Of a DNA stretch of 41,647 bases, positions 15,373 to 25,693 are shown one piece after another. A model generated the notes under the pieces. The model was not told the origin of the DNA and did not search any database. It saw only the letters and a program-made list of their open reading frames with translations. The DNA is taken from NCBI GenBank assembly GCA_964507065.1, contig CAZDON010000002.1:1-41647 (forward strand), read 5' to 3'. Source of the stretch: an uncultured Ruminococcus sp. (GTDB taxonomy: Bacteria > Bacillota > Clostridia > Oscillospirales > CAG-272). The number at the start of each line of letters is the position of its first letter. The first letter of the stretch is position 1. Both the position numbers and the translations under genes were made by a program.

Positions 15373-16635
15373 TCAAGGACGCTGCGCCCTCATCTCATCT
15401 ATCGCGCGCATTACACCGAGCTTACCGTACTCGTAGGTAAGTCCGCCCTGAAGATACGCGGTATAGGGCGGAGTGAGAGGTCCGTCGCAGGAAAGCTCGT
15501 TGGTAGCGCCCGTGACGAAGGTGCCCGCGGCGCTCACCTCAAGGTGTGGGTAGCCTGGCATCTCCGAGGGATATGGCGTCGCGTACGCCTCAACGGGCGA
15601 GCCCTTTTGTATTCCCGTACAGAATTTTACGAGAAGCTCCTCAGAATGCAGGTCTACCGTCTGCACGATATCCGTTCTTATCTCATCGTATCTCGGACTG
15701 ACGTCGGCAAAGCCTGCAAGCTCCAGAATTCTTGCGGCAAACGCCATTGATTTAAGAGTCGCCGCAACCGTGGTGGGAGCGACGAAAAAGCCCTTGAAGT
15801 ACGAGGCGAGCTGATTAAAGTTCGCACCGAGGTCCTTTCCAATGCAGGGTGCGCTGAAGCGCTCGGCAATATCCTCGATTATTTTCCTTTTACCTACGCA
15901 GTACGCACCGCTTGTGGCAAAGCCCGCACCGAGATTCTTCATCATTGAGCCGACGAATACGTCAGCACCGACGTGCGTGGGCTCTCTGTCCTCACAAAAC
16001 TCACCGTAGCAATTATCAACCATTACGAGAGTATCGGGGCAGGCACGCTTTACGGCGTGTATTGCCTCTTCAATTTTATCAATAGTCAGGCTTCTTCTGT
16101 GCGAGTAGCCGCGGCTTCGCTGTATAGCCGCAACCTTGACGTCCCCGCGCGACACGCGCTCGGTAATCGCGTGATAGTCAAAATCGTCACCGATAAGGTC
16201 AATTTCCTCATATTTTATACCGTATTTAATGAGAGAATTGCGGCTCTGCCCCGAAGTGCCGATGACGCTTCTCAGGGTATCGTACGGCTCACCCGAAATA
16301 TACAGCAGGGTGTCACCGGGCTTCAGCATACCGCCGAGAGCCACCGCGAGAGCGTGAGTGCCAGACATAAGCTGAGGGCGCACGAGCGCGTCCTCCGCGC
16401 CGAACACAGCCGCGTAAAGCGCCTCCAGCTTATCGCGTCCGCCGTCATAGTAGCCGTAGCCCGTAATATCAATAAAATCAGAGCTTGACACACGAAGCTT
16501 TTGAAAAGCATCAAGCACCTTCGATGATATTCTCATCGCGTTTTCATCAATTTTTGCAAATATTTCTTTGCAATCCGCCTCTGCCTGCTCTGCAAGTCTT
16601 ACGGTTTCGTCACTTATATCATAGTGAAAATACAT
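15373..16635 (-). CDS. PLP-dependent methionine gamma-lyase-family protein (YnbB / aluminium-resistance-protein family)
   Basis: ORF track gives 15373..16686. I prefer ATG 16635 (GAGGAAAG upstream; product starts MYFHYDIS). Blocks GYGYYDGGRDKLEALYAAVFGAEDALVRPQLMSGTHA and SMMKNLG are typical of the family. Confidence 0.8.
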   Translation of the reverse strand: MYFHYDISDETVRLAEQAEADCKEIFAKIDENAMRISSKVLDAFQKLRVSSSDFIDITGYGYYDGGRDKLEALYAAVFGAEDALVRPQLMSGTHALAVALGGMLKPGDTLLYISGEPYDTLRSVIGTSGQSRNSLIKYGIKYEEIDLIGDDFDYHAITERVSRGDVKVAAIQRSRGYSHRRSLTIDKIEEAIHAVKRACPDTLVMVDNCYGEFCEDREPTHVGADVFVGSMMKNLGAGFATSGAYCVGKRKIIEDIAERFSAPCIGKDLGANFNQLASYFKGFFVAPTTVAATLKSMAFAARILELAGFADVSPRYDEIRTDIVQTVDLHSEELLVKFCTGIQKGSPVEAYATPYPSEMPGYPHLEVSAAGTFVTGATNELSCDGPLTPPYTAYLQGGLTYEYGKLGVMRAIDEMRAQRP

Positions 16636-16799
16636 ATCGTTCTTTCCTCGCTTCTTTTCCTGCCCATGCCGTATCGGTTGTCTCATAGACTATATTTTAC
16701 CAACTTTCAGGGGGAAAATCAATAGTCTTGCCGTAAGTTTTAAAAAATCCGCGCGATTTTCTTTTCCGAATCTTAGTGCGCCGCACAGCACTGCGGTAC

Positions 16800-16828
16800 T
16801 TGACCTTTCTTCCAAAATGTGCTATTAT
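16800..16828 (+). promoter_or_regulatory. SigA-type promoter of pepT
   Basis: TTGACC, 17-nt spacer, TATTAT, with a TG-extended -10 (tgcTATTAT). Confidence 0.6.
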
Positions 16829-16856
16829 ATAGAAAAATATTTTTGAGGTGGGACGT

Positions 16857-18077
16857 ATGAGAGCCTATGAAAGATTTTTAAATTACGTAAAATATCCTAC
16901 TACGAGTGACGAGGAAACGGGCGAAAATCCCTCAACAAAGGAGCAATTCAAGTTTGCAGAGGCACTGAGGGATGAGCTTATCTCTCTTGGCTGCTCGGAC
17001 GTGTGGGTCAGCGACAAATGCTACACCTACGCAAAAATTCCTGCGACACCAGGGTACGAGGGTGCTAAAAAAATCGGCTTTATAGCGCATATCGACACCT
17101 CTCCCGATTACAGAGGCGACGGCGTTATTCCCATTCTCTGGGAGAATTACAACGGCGGTGATATGCACCTTAACAACTGTGGAATAGTTATAAGCCCGGA
17201 CACCTTTCCTCATCTTGAAAATCTCGTGGGACGGACGGTGATTACCGCCGACGGACTTACTCTTCTCGGTGCTGACGACAAGGCGGGAGTCGCGGAGATT
17301 ATGACTCTTGCGGAGCGCGTTATCACCGAGGGTATACCTCACGGAGAAATATGCATAGCCTTTACCCCAGACGAAGAAATCGGCGAGGGCTCGCTGCACT
17401 TTGATATTGAGCGCTTCGGCGCGGATTTTGCCTATACCGTCGACGGCGGTGAGGAGGGCTCGCTTGAATACGAGAACTTCAACGCCTACTTCGCGAGAGT
17501 AGAGATAAAGGGTGTCAGCGTGCACCCAGGCGAGGCAAAGGATAAAATGGTAAACGCGGCGCTCGTCGGCTGCGAGTTCAACTCCGCGCTGCCCACCTTT
17601 GAGATACCAAGACAGACCGACTTCTATCAGGGCTTTTATCACCTCACCGACTTCAAGGGCGACGTGTCGGACGCGCTTCTTTACTATATCGTAAGGGACC
17701 ACGATATGAACTCTATGAATGCAAGGCTCGACACGCTGTTTGACATAGAAGAGGCGCTCAACGAAAAATACGGTGAGGGAACCGTCACCGTATCGGTAAG
17801 AGAGCAGTATCGCAATATGAAAGAGAAAATCGAGCCCTGCATGCACCTTATCGACAACGCGAAGCTAGCCACCGAGCGCGCGGGTGCCGTACCTAAGACG
17901 CATCCTATAAGAGGCGGCACGGACGGAGCAAGGCTCTCGTTTATGGGACTTCCCTGCCCTAATCTCGGCACGGGCGGCTACGCCTTCCACGGTCCTTACG
18001 AGCATATTACCACAGAGGGAATGGATACCGTCGTCAATATTCTCACCGAGCTTGTAAAAATCTATTACGAGGCGTAA
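16857..18077 (+). CDS. pepT: Peptidase T (tripeptide aminopeptidase, M20B)
   Basis: ORF track gives 16848..18077. ATG 16857 has GAGGTGG upstream. Blocks MRAYERFLNYVKYPTTSDE, FIAHIDTSPD, LGADDKAG and FTPDEEIG. Confidence 0.9.
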   Translation: MRAYERFLNYVKYPTTSDEETGENPSTKEQFKFAEALRDELISLGCSDVWVSDKCYTYAKIPATPGYEGAKKIGFIAHIDTSPDYRGDGVIPILWENYNGGDMHLNNCGIVISPDTFPHLENLVGRTVITADGLTLLGADDKAGVAEIMTLAERVITEGIPHGEICIAFTPDEEIGEGSLHFDIERFGADFAYTVDGGEEGSLEYENFNAYFARVEIKGVSVHPGEAKDKMVNAALVGCEFNSALPTFEIPRQTDFYQGFYHLTDFKGDVSDALLYYIVRDHDMNSMNARLDTLFDIEEALNEKYGEGTVTVSVREQYRNMKEKIEPCMHLIDNAKLATERAGAVPKTHPIRGGTDGARLSFMGLPCPNLGTGGYAFHGPYEHITTEGMDTVVNILTELVKIYYEA

Positions 18078-18135
18078 GGACGCTCGGTGCTCACTGTAAA
18101 AGACAACCCCTTAAGGCAAAGAAAGGAAGCACACA

Positions 18136-19491
18136 ATGAAAATCATTATAGCGGGAGCAGGCTCCGTCGGCGGCGCGATATGCCGCGAGCTTGTATGCGA
18201 GGGTCACGCAATAACCGTCCTCGACTCCTCCGAGGACGCGATAACCGCCCTGTCAAACCTTTACGACGTAACGGGCGTTATCGGAAGCTGCACAGACCTT
18301 GACGCGCTTCGCGAGGCGGGAGCGGGACGCGCGGATTTGCTTATTGCCGTCACCGCGTCGGACGAGATAAATCTTCTTTGCTGCTTCGCGGCAAGAAAGC
18401 TGGGCGCAAAAAACACCGCGGCAAGAGTGAGAAATCCCGAATATTCCTCCCTTACCGAGCTTACCCGTCAGGATATGGGGCTCGGTCTTGTGATAAATCC
18501 CGAGCTTTGCGCGGCAAGGACGATATCCCGCGTGCTCCGTCTGCCCTCCGCGACGAGAGTGGATACCTTCTGCGACGGCCGCGTGGAAACGATAGAGCTT
18601 ACCGTAGGTGAGGATTCATTCCTTGCGGGAAAGTCACTCTATCGGCTTCGCGAGGAGCTTGGTATCAGCTTTCTTATATGCGGAATTGAGCGCGGCGGCA
18701 AGGTGTTTATCCCCGACGGACGAACCGAAATTTTAAAGGACGATACCGTATGCGTCACCACCTCGGTTGACGATACCGTAAAATTACTTAAGGCTATAAA
18801 GAGCTACAAGCGTCCCGTCAAGAATCTTATGATAGTCGGCGGCGGCAGAACCACCTATTATCTTTGCGAGCTTCTACGCCACACGAAAACCGACATTACC
18901 GTTATTGAGAAGAACGCGGATATCTGCCGCGAGCTTTCTCTTGACCACGGTGTCACCGTCATCAACGGTGACGGAATGCGTCAGGAGCTTCTTATAGAGG
19001 AGGGTCTTGAGCGTGCCGACGCCTTTCTTGCACTATCTGGCGTAGACGAGGAAAACGCTATTTCGTCAATGTTCGCGGCTACTATGAAGGTACCCGTCGT
19101 AATTACTATGATAAGCTCGCTTCCCTACGTAAGCTTTTTCAAGAGCGCCGGGCTTGACAACATCGTTTCGCCAAAGCACTCGACCGTCGGTCAGATACTC
19201 AAATTCGTCAGGGGAATGGCAGACTCGCGAGGCTCGGAGATACGCGCTATACATCATATGATGGCAGGCGCGCTCGAATCGCTTGAATTCAATATCACCG
19301 ACGCGATTTCGGGCATTACCGATATTCCTATTAAGGATATTAAAAGAAAGGACGGCGTGCTTATCGCCTGCATCGTGCGAGGCTCGGAGATTATCATTCC
19401 CTCAGGTCTTGATACGATTCTCGTCGGTGACAGCGTTATCGTCGTCGCAAAGGGAACCGCCCTTAACAGTATAAAGGATATTTTAAAATGA
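18136..19491 (+). CDS. trkA: Trk potassium uptake protein, NAD-binding subunit TrkA (two RCK modules)
   Basis: MKIIIAGAGSVGG Rossmann motif, with a second MIVGGGRTTYY module. Stop overlaps the trkH start (ATGA). Confidence 0.9.
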   Translation: MKIIIAGAGSVGGAICRELVCEGHAITVLDSSEDAITALSNLYDVTGVIGSCTDLDALREAGAGRADLLIAVTASDEINLLCCFAARKLGAKNTAARVRNPEYSSLTELTRQDMGLGLVINPELCAARTISRVLRLPSATRVDTFCDGRVETIELTVGEDSFLAGKSLYRLREELGISFLICGIERGGKVFIPDGRTEILKDDTVCVTTSVDDTVKLLKAIKSYKRPVKNLMIVGGGRTTYYLCELLRHTKTDITVIEKNADICRELSLDHGVTVINGDGMRQELLIEEGLERADAFLALSGVDEENAISSMFAATMKVPVVITMISSLPYVSFFKSAGLDNIVSPKHSTVGQILKFVRGMADSRGSEIRAIHHMMAGALESLEFNITDAISGITDIPIKDIKRKDGVLIACIVRGSEIIIPSGLDTILVGDSVIVVAKGTALNSIKDILK

Positions 19492-20948
19492 ATCTTCGTT
19501 ATTTGATATACCTGCTAGGCACGGTTATGCTGATTATAGCGGCTCTTATGCTGCTGCCGATGCTGGTAGCCTTAATTTACCGGGAAAGCGTGCTGCCGTT
19601 CGTATATACGGTGCTGATACTTCTCGCGCTTGCTCTGCCCGCCGTGCTCGCGTCACGCCCCAGGGTCAAGAAGATTTACGCAAAGGAGGGCTTCGTCCTC
19701 GTCGCGCTGAGCTGGACTCTTATGTCCGCGATAACCGCCCTGCCCTTCGTATTCTCAGGCGCTATATCGAATTATATCGACGCGCTTTTTGAAACGGTGT
19801 CGGGCTATACCACCACGGGTGCCACTATAATGTCGGGCGCTGAAATTGCCGCGGCTCCGCGCGGAATTATGTTCTTCAGAAGCTTCACTCACTGGATAGG
19901 CGGTATGGGCGTGCTGGTGTTTATGCTTGCCGTAATGCCGAGCGACGCGGGCGGCGCTATTCACATTATGCGCGCCGAGGTTCCTGGACCTACCAAGGGA
20001 AAGCTCGTACCGAGGCTTCGCCACACGGCACTGATACTATACGGCATTTATATCGTAATCACACTCGCCGAGGTCGTGGCGCTTCTCTTCTGCGGACTTC
20101 CGCTTTACGACGCGCTCGTCAATTCCTTTGCTACGACGGGCACGGGCGGCTTTTCGGTGCTCCCCGCGTCCATTGGCGGCTATAACAACCCCGCGGCAGA
20201 ATGGGTTATCGCGATATTTATGCTCATATCGGGTGTAAACTTTAACCTCTACTACTTTATCCTGATAAAGAGCTTTACTCCCGTTTTCAAAAACGGTGAG
20301 CTTAAGCTTTATCTCGTCCTTTGCCTTGCCTCAACGGCACTAATCACGGTAAATCTCACCAGCGCGGCGGCTGAGGCGTTTCCCAGCGTCGGCGACGCTA
20401 TACGCACCGCGTTCTTCCAGGTTACCTCGATAATGTCAACCACGGGCTTTGCGACCTTTGATATAGCGCTGCTGCCGCGCCTGACGCAGACGGTGATTTT
20501 TATTCTTACGTTCTTTGGCGCGTGCGCGGGCTCTACCGCGGGCGGCTTCAAGCTCTCGCGTCTTATAATCGTCTTTAAGATGATGGGCGGTAATCTTCGC
20601 CGTATGCTTAAGCCAAACTCGGTAAAGGCACTCAAAATAAACGGTGAGCCTATGAGCGAGAGCGTCGGTCAGGCCTCTCTCGGCTATCTTGCGCTTTACT
20701 GCCTGACGATGCTCGCGACGCTTCTTCTCGTGTCCTTTGACGGCTTTGACCTTACCACGAGCCTCAGCGCCACGGTATCCTGCTTCAACAACGTCGGCCC
20801 CGCCCTCGGAGAGGCGTCGGCAAGCTTCTCGCCCTTTTCTCCCTTCGCGACGCTCGTGCTTGCCTTAGCTATGCTTTTCGGCAGACTTGAAATATATCCT
20901 ATGCTTATTCTTCTCTCGCCAACGACCTGGCGCCGTACTATGAACTAA
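19488..20948 (+). CDS. trkH: Trk potassium uptake membrane subunit TrkH
   Basis: Polytopic membrane protein with repeated selectivity-filter-like TTTG/STTG/TGTGG motifs. Translationally coupled to trkA. Confidence 0.9.
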   Translation: MNLRYLIYLLGTVMLIIAALMLLPMLVALIYRESVLPFVYTVLILLALALPAVLASRPRVKKIYAKEGFVLVALSWTLMSAITALPFVFSGAISNYIDALFETVSGYTTTGATIMSGAEIAAAPRGIMFFRSFTHWIGGMGVLVFMLAVMPSDAGGAIHIMRAEVPGPTKGKLVPRLRHTALILYGIYIVITLAEVVALLFCGLPLYDALVNSFATTGTGGFSVLPASIGGYNNPAAEWVIAIFMLISGVNFNLYYFILIKSFTPVFKNGELKLYLVLCLASTALITVNLTSAAAEAFPSVGDAIRTAFFQVTSIMSTTGFATFDIALLPRLTQTVIFILTFFGACAGSTAGGFKLSRLIIVFKMMGGNLRRMLKPNSVKALKINGEPMSESVGQASLGYLALYCLTMLATLLLVSFDGFDLTTSLSATVSCFNNVGPALGEASASFSPFSPFATLVLALAMLFGRLEIYPMLILLSPTTWRRTMN

Positions 20949-20978
20949 AGGTAATAGGGCGTATATAAATTGATTTAT

Positions 20979-21027
20979 AAAAAAGGTGCGTTTTGCAAAC
21001 AATGAGTTGCAAAACGCACCTTTTATT
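20979..21027. terminator. Bidirectional terminator between the convergent trkH and heparinase-like genes
   Basis: AAAAGGTGCGTTTTGCAA-acaatgag-TTGCAAAACGCACCTTTT: 18-bp stem flanked by A- and T-runs. Confidence 0.85.
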
Positions 21028-21035
21028 CGGTAGTA

Positions 21036-22841
21036 TTACTCAATTGTGCACCTGATAGTGCCGTCCTTGAGCACGGTCTTAAGTCTTATTATATAAATCA
21101 CGGGGCTGCCCCACCTGCCAACGAGCGAGGGATCAAGCTCTATATTCTCAACGCTCGGTGTGAGACACTTATCGTAGATAAGCGTGCGCCCCTCGGCAAG
21201 AGCTATCCTGCCCTCGGAAAGCACGGGCTCCTTAGGTGTCAGGAAGTGAAGCTCGACCTCACCCTCGTTCGCGAGTGAAGCGCGGTCCTCAATTTCAACG
21301 CGGCCGCCATCCAGCCTTACACTGCGGGTGAGCGACTCAATGCCCGCCTCAGCTCCGTACGCCTCGCGAAGCTGCATCGTAACGGCTCTTGCCTCAGCGT
21401 CATAGACCTCGTCGGTCGTCCTGAAGCGTCTACCGTCGGTCTGTGCGACGCCGTTTACCGTCAGGGTATTGTGGTATCTTGACTGCATATACCAGAGAGT
21501 ATAGCGCTCGGAGGAAAAGGTCTTTTTCGTGTACTCGCCCGCACCGTTATCAATAAACACGGGCTTGCCGCCGTAGTAGACCGAAACCGAGCCGAGGTCG
21601 TTATGGTTATGATGCTCACCGTTGTGGCCGCCCTTTACGGCAACGAGCATCCCCTCGCTCGTGCGAGCCTTTTCTCTCGCCACCATTATTTTGAGGTCGG
21701 GAAGCCACACGTCAAGGAAGCCCTCGCTCTCGTCGGTGGGCTCGGTATATTCAAAGAAGCTGCGGCATACGCGGTAGCCGTGAGATGCCTCGATAGATAC
21801 GTAGTTATGCTTCGCCATAACGCGCGCAAAGCTCGCCAGCACGGGAGAGTCAAGACGCTTTGCCATTCTTGTGAGCATCGACGCGCACAGCCTTATATCG
21901 GGCGGACAGTCGGCGAAATTCAAAAACCTTATGCCGTCGATATAAAGCTTTGCCTCGTACTCGCACATATTGCGAAGAAGCTCCTCGCCGAACACGTCAA
22001 TTTTACCGCCCGACATAGCGTAAAGGATTTCGGCAGAGTCAAAGTAGGAGGCGCCCGCAGAGGACCAGTAGTTCGGCCCCTCGTCACAGCCGCCGTCATC
22101 ACCGAGAGCTGCGGTGTAGTTATCAAGATACTGCATCGCGCGCGAGGCAATGATTCTTCGTCTTTCAAGCTTATCCTCAAGCACAGCCGCGGTATAAAGC
22201 ACGTTCGATAATATCCATGGATTCCAGTTGCTGGGTACGCCGCCAAGAGCACCCGACCACGAGAAAATAAGCTGTGAAAAGGGGATAAGTATTCTCTTCT
22301 CTATCTCGCGGCGAAGCCTTGCTACGACGGTGGGGCTGACCTTATCAAAGGCGTCCTTAAGACAAAGATACGCGGTGGTGACCGCAGCTCCCGTGGTTGC
22401 TGCAAAGAGGTCAATGCCGTGGAGCGTATCGTCGCCCGCCCCCTTGGGAAGAATGCCGTCTGTCGTCGAGGGTATCACCCACTGATGCGCGGGAATAACC
22501 CAGGTGCTTTCCTCAAAAATCGCAAAGAGGTAGTCGATAGCGCGGTCCACGAAGCGCCCCTGCCTCTCATAAGCCTCGGCAAGCGACAAGAGCACGAGCG
22601 CTCGCCGTCTGTCGTGATAGGGACGCTCGTAAATCATACGGTTTCCGTCGCGAACGAAGCGCATAAAGTCCGTCGCGAGAAGCACGGGAATATCACTGGT
22701 GAGATATTTTTCGGCGTGCCTTACCGCGTGCTCACCCTTATCCTTGGGGATATTCTCAGCATCACCGAGCATCGGCTGAAGCTCCGATACGGGAAGTATC
22801 ATATCTGCCGAATATTTATTTTTTGCAAAAAGTCTTTTCAT
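21036..22841 (-). CDS. Heparinase II/III-like (polysaccharide lyase-like) protein, no signal peptide
   Basis: ORF track gives 21036..22859 (TTG). I prefer ATG 22841 (GAGGGAG 9 nt upstream; product starts MKRLFAKNKYS). The C-terminal block GGHNGEHHNHNDLGSVSVYYGGKPVFIDNG..YHNTLTVNG is typical of the Hepar_II_III domain. Confidence 0.75.
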   Translation of the reverse strand: MKRLFAKNKYSADMILPVSELQPMLGDAENIPKDKGEHAVRHAEKYLTSDIPVLLATDFMRFVRDGNRMIYERPYHDRRRALVLLSLAEAYERQGRFVDRAIDYLFAIFEESTWVIPAHQWVIPSTTDGILPKGAGDDTLHGIDLFAATTGAAVTTAYLCLKDAFDKVSPTVVARLRREIEKRILIPFSQLIFSWSGALGGVPSNWNPWILSNVLYTAAVLEDKLERRRIIASRAMQYLDNYTAALGDDGGCDEGPNYWSSAGASYFDSAEILYAMSGGKIDVFGEELLRNMCEYEAKLYIDGIRFLNFADCPPDIRLCASMLTRMAKRLDSPVLASFARVMAKHNYVSIEASHGYRVCRSFFEYTEPTDESEGFLDVWLPDLKIMVAREKARTSEGMLVAVKGGHNGEHHNHNDLGSVSVYYGGKPVFIDNGAGEYTKKTFSSERYTLWYMQSRYHNTLTVNGVAQTDGRRFRTTDEVYDAEARAVTMQLREAYGAEAGIESLTRSVRLDGGRVEIEDRASLANEGEVELHFLTPKEPVLSEGRIALAEGRTLIYDKCLTPSVENIELDPSLVGRWGSPVIYIIRLKTVLKDGTIRCTIE

Positions 22842-22876
22842 AAAGCATAGCTCCCTCAAAATCAGCTTTTTATAAA

Positions 22877-22905
22877 ATTATAAAAGCCCTACCCAAAAAA
22901 GTCAA
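22877..22905 (-). promoter_or_regulatory. SigA-type promoter of the heparinase-like gene
   Basis: Minus strand reads TTGACT (22905-22900), 17-nt spacer, TATAAT (22882-22877). Confidence 0.65.
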
Positions 22906-23052
22906 GTTAATTTGTGCTTTATCGGTATTTTAACGGTTTATTTTGTGCATAGTTACCTATACATACGCACGCGCTCACGCAGGTAGGATGAGTATCTCTG
23001 CCCCTATCGGTACGGCTCCTTCAAAAAAAATCGCGAATTCTCAAAAAAGGTA

Positions 23053-23081
23053 TTGCATTTTCCGAACTCTTGTGGTAAAAT
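23053..23081 (+). promoter_or_regulatory. SigA-type promoter upstream of secG
   Basis: TTGCAT, 17-nt spacer, TAAAAT, with TG at -15/-14. It would give a 5' UTR of about 100 nt. Confidence 0.55.
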
Positions 23082-23186
23082 ACTTATATATTTTGAAAAT
23101 TACCCAGCTTGCCGCGAAAATCTTACCCGAGAATAAGGCGGCACGGCAGAGGTGCTTAAGAAAGATTAAGATAGGAGAGAAAATAA

Positions 23187-23477
23187 ATGGAATACGTACT
23201 TCTTGCGGTTCTGCTCGTATGCGCTATCGTCATCGTCGTTGCAGTAACCTTCCAGAAATCGAATGAGGGACTTTCAGGCTCCATCGCAGGCGGCTCTGAC
23301 AATTTTTACGGTAAGGATAAGAAGGCAGGAAACGGCAAGCTTCTTTACAAAATCACGCTCATCACGTGTCTTGTATTTGCGGTTGCAGTTACTCTCGTCT
23401 ACGTGCTTCAGCCCGATTATTCCAACATCACTAACGAGTGGAATACTATATCGGAGTATGCTGAAATCTTCGAGTAA
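23187..23477 (+). CDS. secG: Preprotein translocase subunit SecG
   Basis: 96 aa, two TM helices flanking a GLSGSIAGGSDNFYG loop. Lies immediately upstream of rnr, as in other Firmicutes. Confidence 0.8.
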   Translation: MEYVLLAVLLVCAIVIVVAVTFQKSNEGLSGSIAGGSDNFYGKDKKAGNGKLLYKITLITCLVFAVAVTLVYVLQPDYSNITNEWNTISEYAEIFE

Positions 23478-23482
23478 AATCG

Positions 23483-23522
23483 TTAAGAAAGCGGAAGGGC
23501 TCACCCTTCCGCTTTCTTAATT
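23483..23522 (+). terminator. Terminator after secG
   Basis: TTAAGAAAGCGGAAGGG-ctca-CCCTTCCGCTTTCTTAA: 17-bp stem. Confidence 0.7.
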
Positions 23523-23548
23523 CATATCAGGATTTAGAAAAGAGAAAA

Positions 23549-25693
23549 ATGAAAAGAAACAAAAACACAAAAAAGACCTTTTCGGCAAGAAGCAACGTTT
23601 CGCGCCGCGACAAAAGGGATATGATGAAGCGCGAGCTTCTTCGCCTTGCAGAAGGGACGGGCGTGGATATCTCGCGCGCAAAATTCGGTGTGCGCGACGT
23701 TGACTCCCGCGGCTACCCGAGCAACGTCGGCGGCGTATTCTTCGAGAGCGCCTCGGGCTTCGGCTTCGTTCGGAGCGAGGAATATCCCGACGGGGATATC
23801 TTTATCCCTGCCGGTAAAAAGCAGGGTGCCGTCGGCGGAGATTTCGTCGAGGTAAGCTTTCACGAGTACCGTGACAGCACGGGAAGAGCGCGAACCGAGG
23901 GCCGCGTTATCGGTATAACCGAGCGCAGAGAGGGCTATATCGTCGGCACTGCACGCGAGGATATAAGGTATATTCACAGACGGCGCGTCCGTACTCTGAC
24001 GCTCATCCCCGACGACGCGCATATAAGGCGCGAGCTTTTGCTTTTCGGTGAGGCAGAGGGCGGCGACAAGGTACGCGCGCTTCTAAAGAGGGGGCGCGGC
24101 GGTGAGCTTCACTGTGAGGTTTCGGATATATACGGCAAGGCAGGCGAGCCGTCCGCAAGCTACGCGGCTATTTTAGCCGAGTGCGGCATTTCGACGGAAT
24201 TTACGCCTGAGGAGCTGCGTCAGGCAAAGGACGCGCTCTCTATTCCCCAAAGCGACGAGGGCAGAGTAAGATACGGCGGTGCCGTATTCACGATAGACTC
24301 CGAATACGCAAAGGACCTCGACGACGCCATTGCCATAAGACGCAGACCGCGCGGCAAGGGATATATTCTATACGTGCACATTGCCGACGTGTCCTACTAC
24401 GTGCCCGAAAAAACTCCGCTTGACAGGCTCGTAACCTCGCGCGGCACGAGCGTATACTTTACCGATAAGGTCGTGCCTATGCTCCCGCCCGAGCTATCCG
24501 AGGTGGTATGCTCGCTTCACCCCGGCGGCGATAAATACACGCTCTCGGCAGAGATTACCCTTGACGAGGGGGGCGCTATTGAGTCGCTGAAAATAAACAA
24601 GGGCATTATAAGCAGCTCTGTGCGCGGCGTGTATTCCGAGGTAAACCGCATTTTCGAGGGTAGTGCGGACGCGAAGCTTCTAAAGAAATATGCGAGCGTG
24701 CTTCCCTCTCTTCGCACTATGCACGAGCTTTATCTTAAGCTTAAGTCGCGAAGCGAGAAAAGGGGCGCTATTGAGCTTGAATCGGACGAGGTGTATATAC
24801 CTCTTGACGAGGACGGAAGCCCCGTAGATATCATAAAGCAGGCAAGAGGCGATGCCGAGATGATGATTGAGCAGTTTATGCTCACGGCAAACGAGGCGGT
24901 AGCGAGATATCTTACCGAGAGGGGAATTCCTCTCGTATACAGGGTACACGAGCAGCCGCCTAAGGAAAAGCTCACCTCCCTTGCGGATTATCTTCGCGCC
25001 CTCGGCATTGATTCGGGTGCCCTGCGAGGTGATAGCATTGAGGCCGGTGACCTTGGCAAAATTCTTGATGAGGCACAGGAAAAAGGGATTTCCGAGGCGG
25101 TATCCTACAGGGCGCTGCGCGCTATGTCAAAGGCAAAGTACTCGGACTCGCGTGCGCGTCACTTCGGGCTCTCGCTTGACACCTACTGTCACTTTACCTC
25201 GCCTATAAGACGCCTCAGCGACCTTGCGACGCACAGAATAATCCACAAGGTTCTCTTTGAGGGGGCAGCCCCTGCAAGATACCGCGGCTATGCAAGACGC
25301 GCGGCAGCCGCCGCAACCGAGGGTGAGCTTCGAGCCGTCACCGCCGAGCGCAAAATAGAGGCGCTTTACAAGGTTATGTATATGAAGGACAAGGTAGGTC
25401 TTGAATTTGACGCACGGGTGTCGGGTGTTTCCGAGCACGGTCTTTTCGTCACTCCCGACAACACCTGCGAGGGACTCGTGCCCCTGTCGACACTCGGTGC
25501 GGGCTTCGTCTTTAACGAGGGGACGGTCAGCATCTCGCGAGGTGGCATAACCTACACCGTAGGCACGCCGCTCAGGGTTCGTCTTGAGGAAGCGGATATA
25601 TCACTTGTAAGATTAAGATATTCTATTATTTACGACGAATATGATAACGACTCTTTACAAAAAGGCAGATTTTCGCGAAAGGACACGGAATGA
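23549..25693 (+). CDS. rnr: Ribonuclease R
   Basis: 714 aa. RNB-domain blocks (FTIDSEYAKDLDDAI, VYFTDKVVPMLP, HFGLSLDTYCHFTSPIRRLSDL) and a C-terminal S1-like domain. The start is ambiguous: the in-frame ATG pair at 23621/23624 is possible. Confidence 0.9.
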   Translation: MKRNKNTKKTFSARSNVSRRDKRDMMKRELLRLAEGTGVDISRAKFGVRDVDSRGYPSNVGGVFFESASGFGFVRSEEYPDGDIFIPAGKKQGAVGGDFVEVSFHEYRDSTGRARTEGRVIGITERREGYIVGTAREDIRYIHRRRVRTLTLIPDDAHIRRELLLFGEAEGGDKVRALLKRGRGGELHCEVSDIYGKAGEPSASYAAILAECGISTEFTPEELRQAKDALSIPQSDEGRVRYGGAVFTIDSEYAKDLDDAIAIRRRPRGKGYILYVHIADVSYYVPEKTPLDRLVTSRGTSVYFTDKVVPMLPPELSEVVCSLHPGGDKYTLSAEITLDEGGAIESLKINKGIISSSVRGVYSEVNRIFEGSADAKLLKKYASVLPSLRTMHELYLKLKSRSEKRGAIELESDEVYIPLDEDGSPVDIIKQARGDAEMMIEQFMLTANEAVARYLTERGIPLVYRVHEQPPKEKLTSLADYLRALGIDSGALRGDSIEAGDLGKILDEAQEKGISEAVSYRALRAMSKAKYSDSRARHFGLSLDTYCHFTSPIRRLSDLATHRIIHKVLFEGAAPARYRGYARRAAAAATEGELRAVTAERKIEALYKVMYMKDKVGLEFDARVSGVSEHGLFVTPDNTCEGLVPLSTLGAGFVFNEGTVSISRGGITYTVGTPLRVRLEEADISLVRLRYSIIYDEYDNDSLQKGRFSRKDTE

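Noticed and set aside
18078-18135. Possible c-di-AMP (ydaO-type) riboswitch upstream of trkA
   Set aside because: The gap is only 58 nt, too short for the aptamer, and no conserved motifs were seen.
22943-23266. 107-aa plus-strand ORF between the heparinase-like gene and secG
   Set aside because: It spans the secG promoter and overlaps the secG start in another frame. It has no RBS and a low-complexity basic product.
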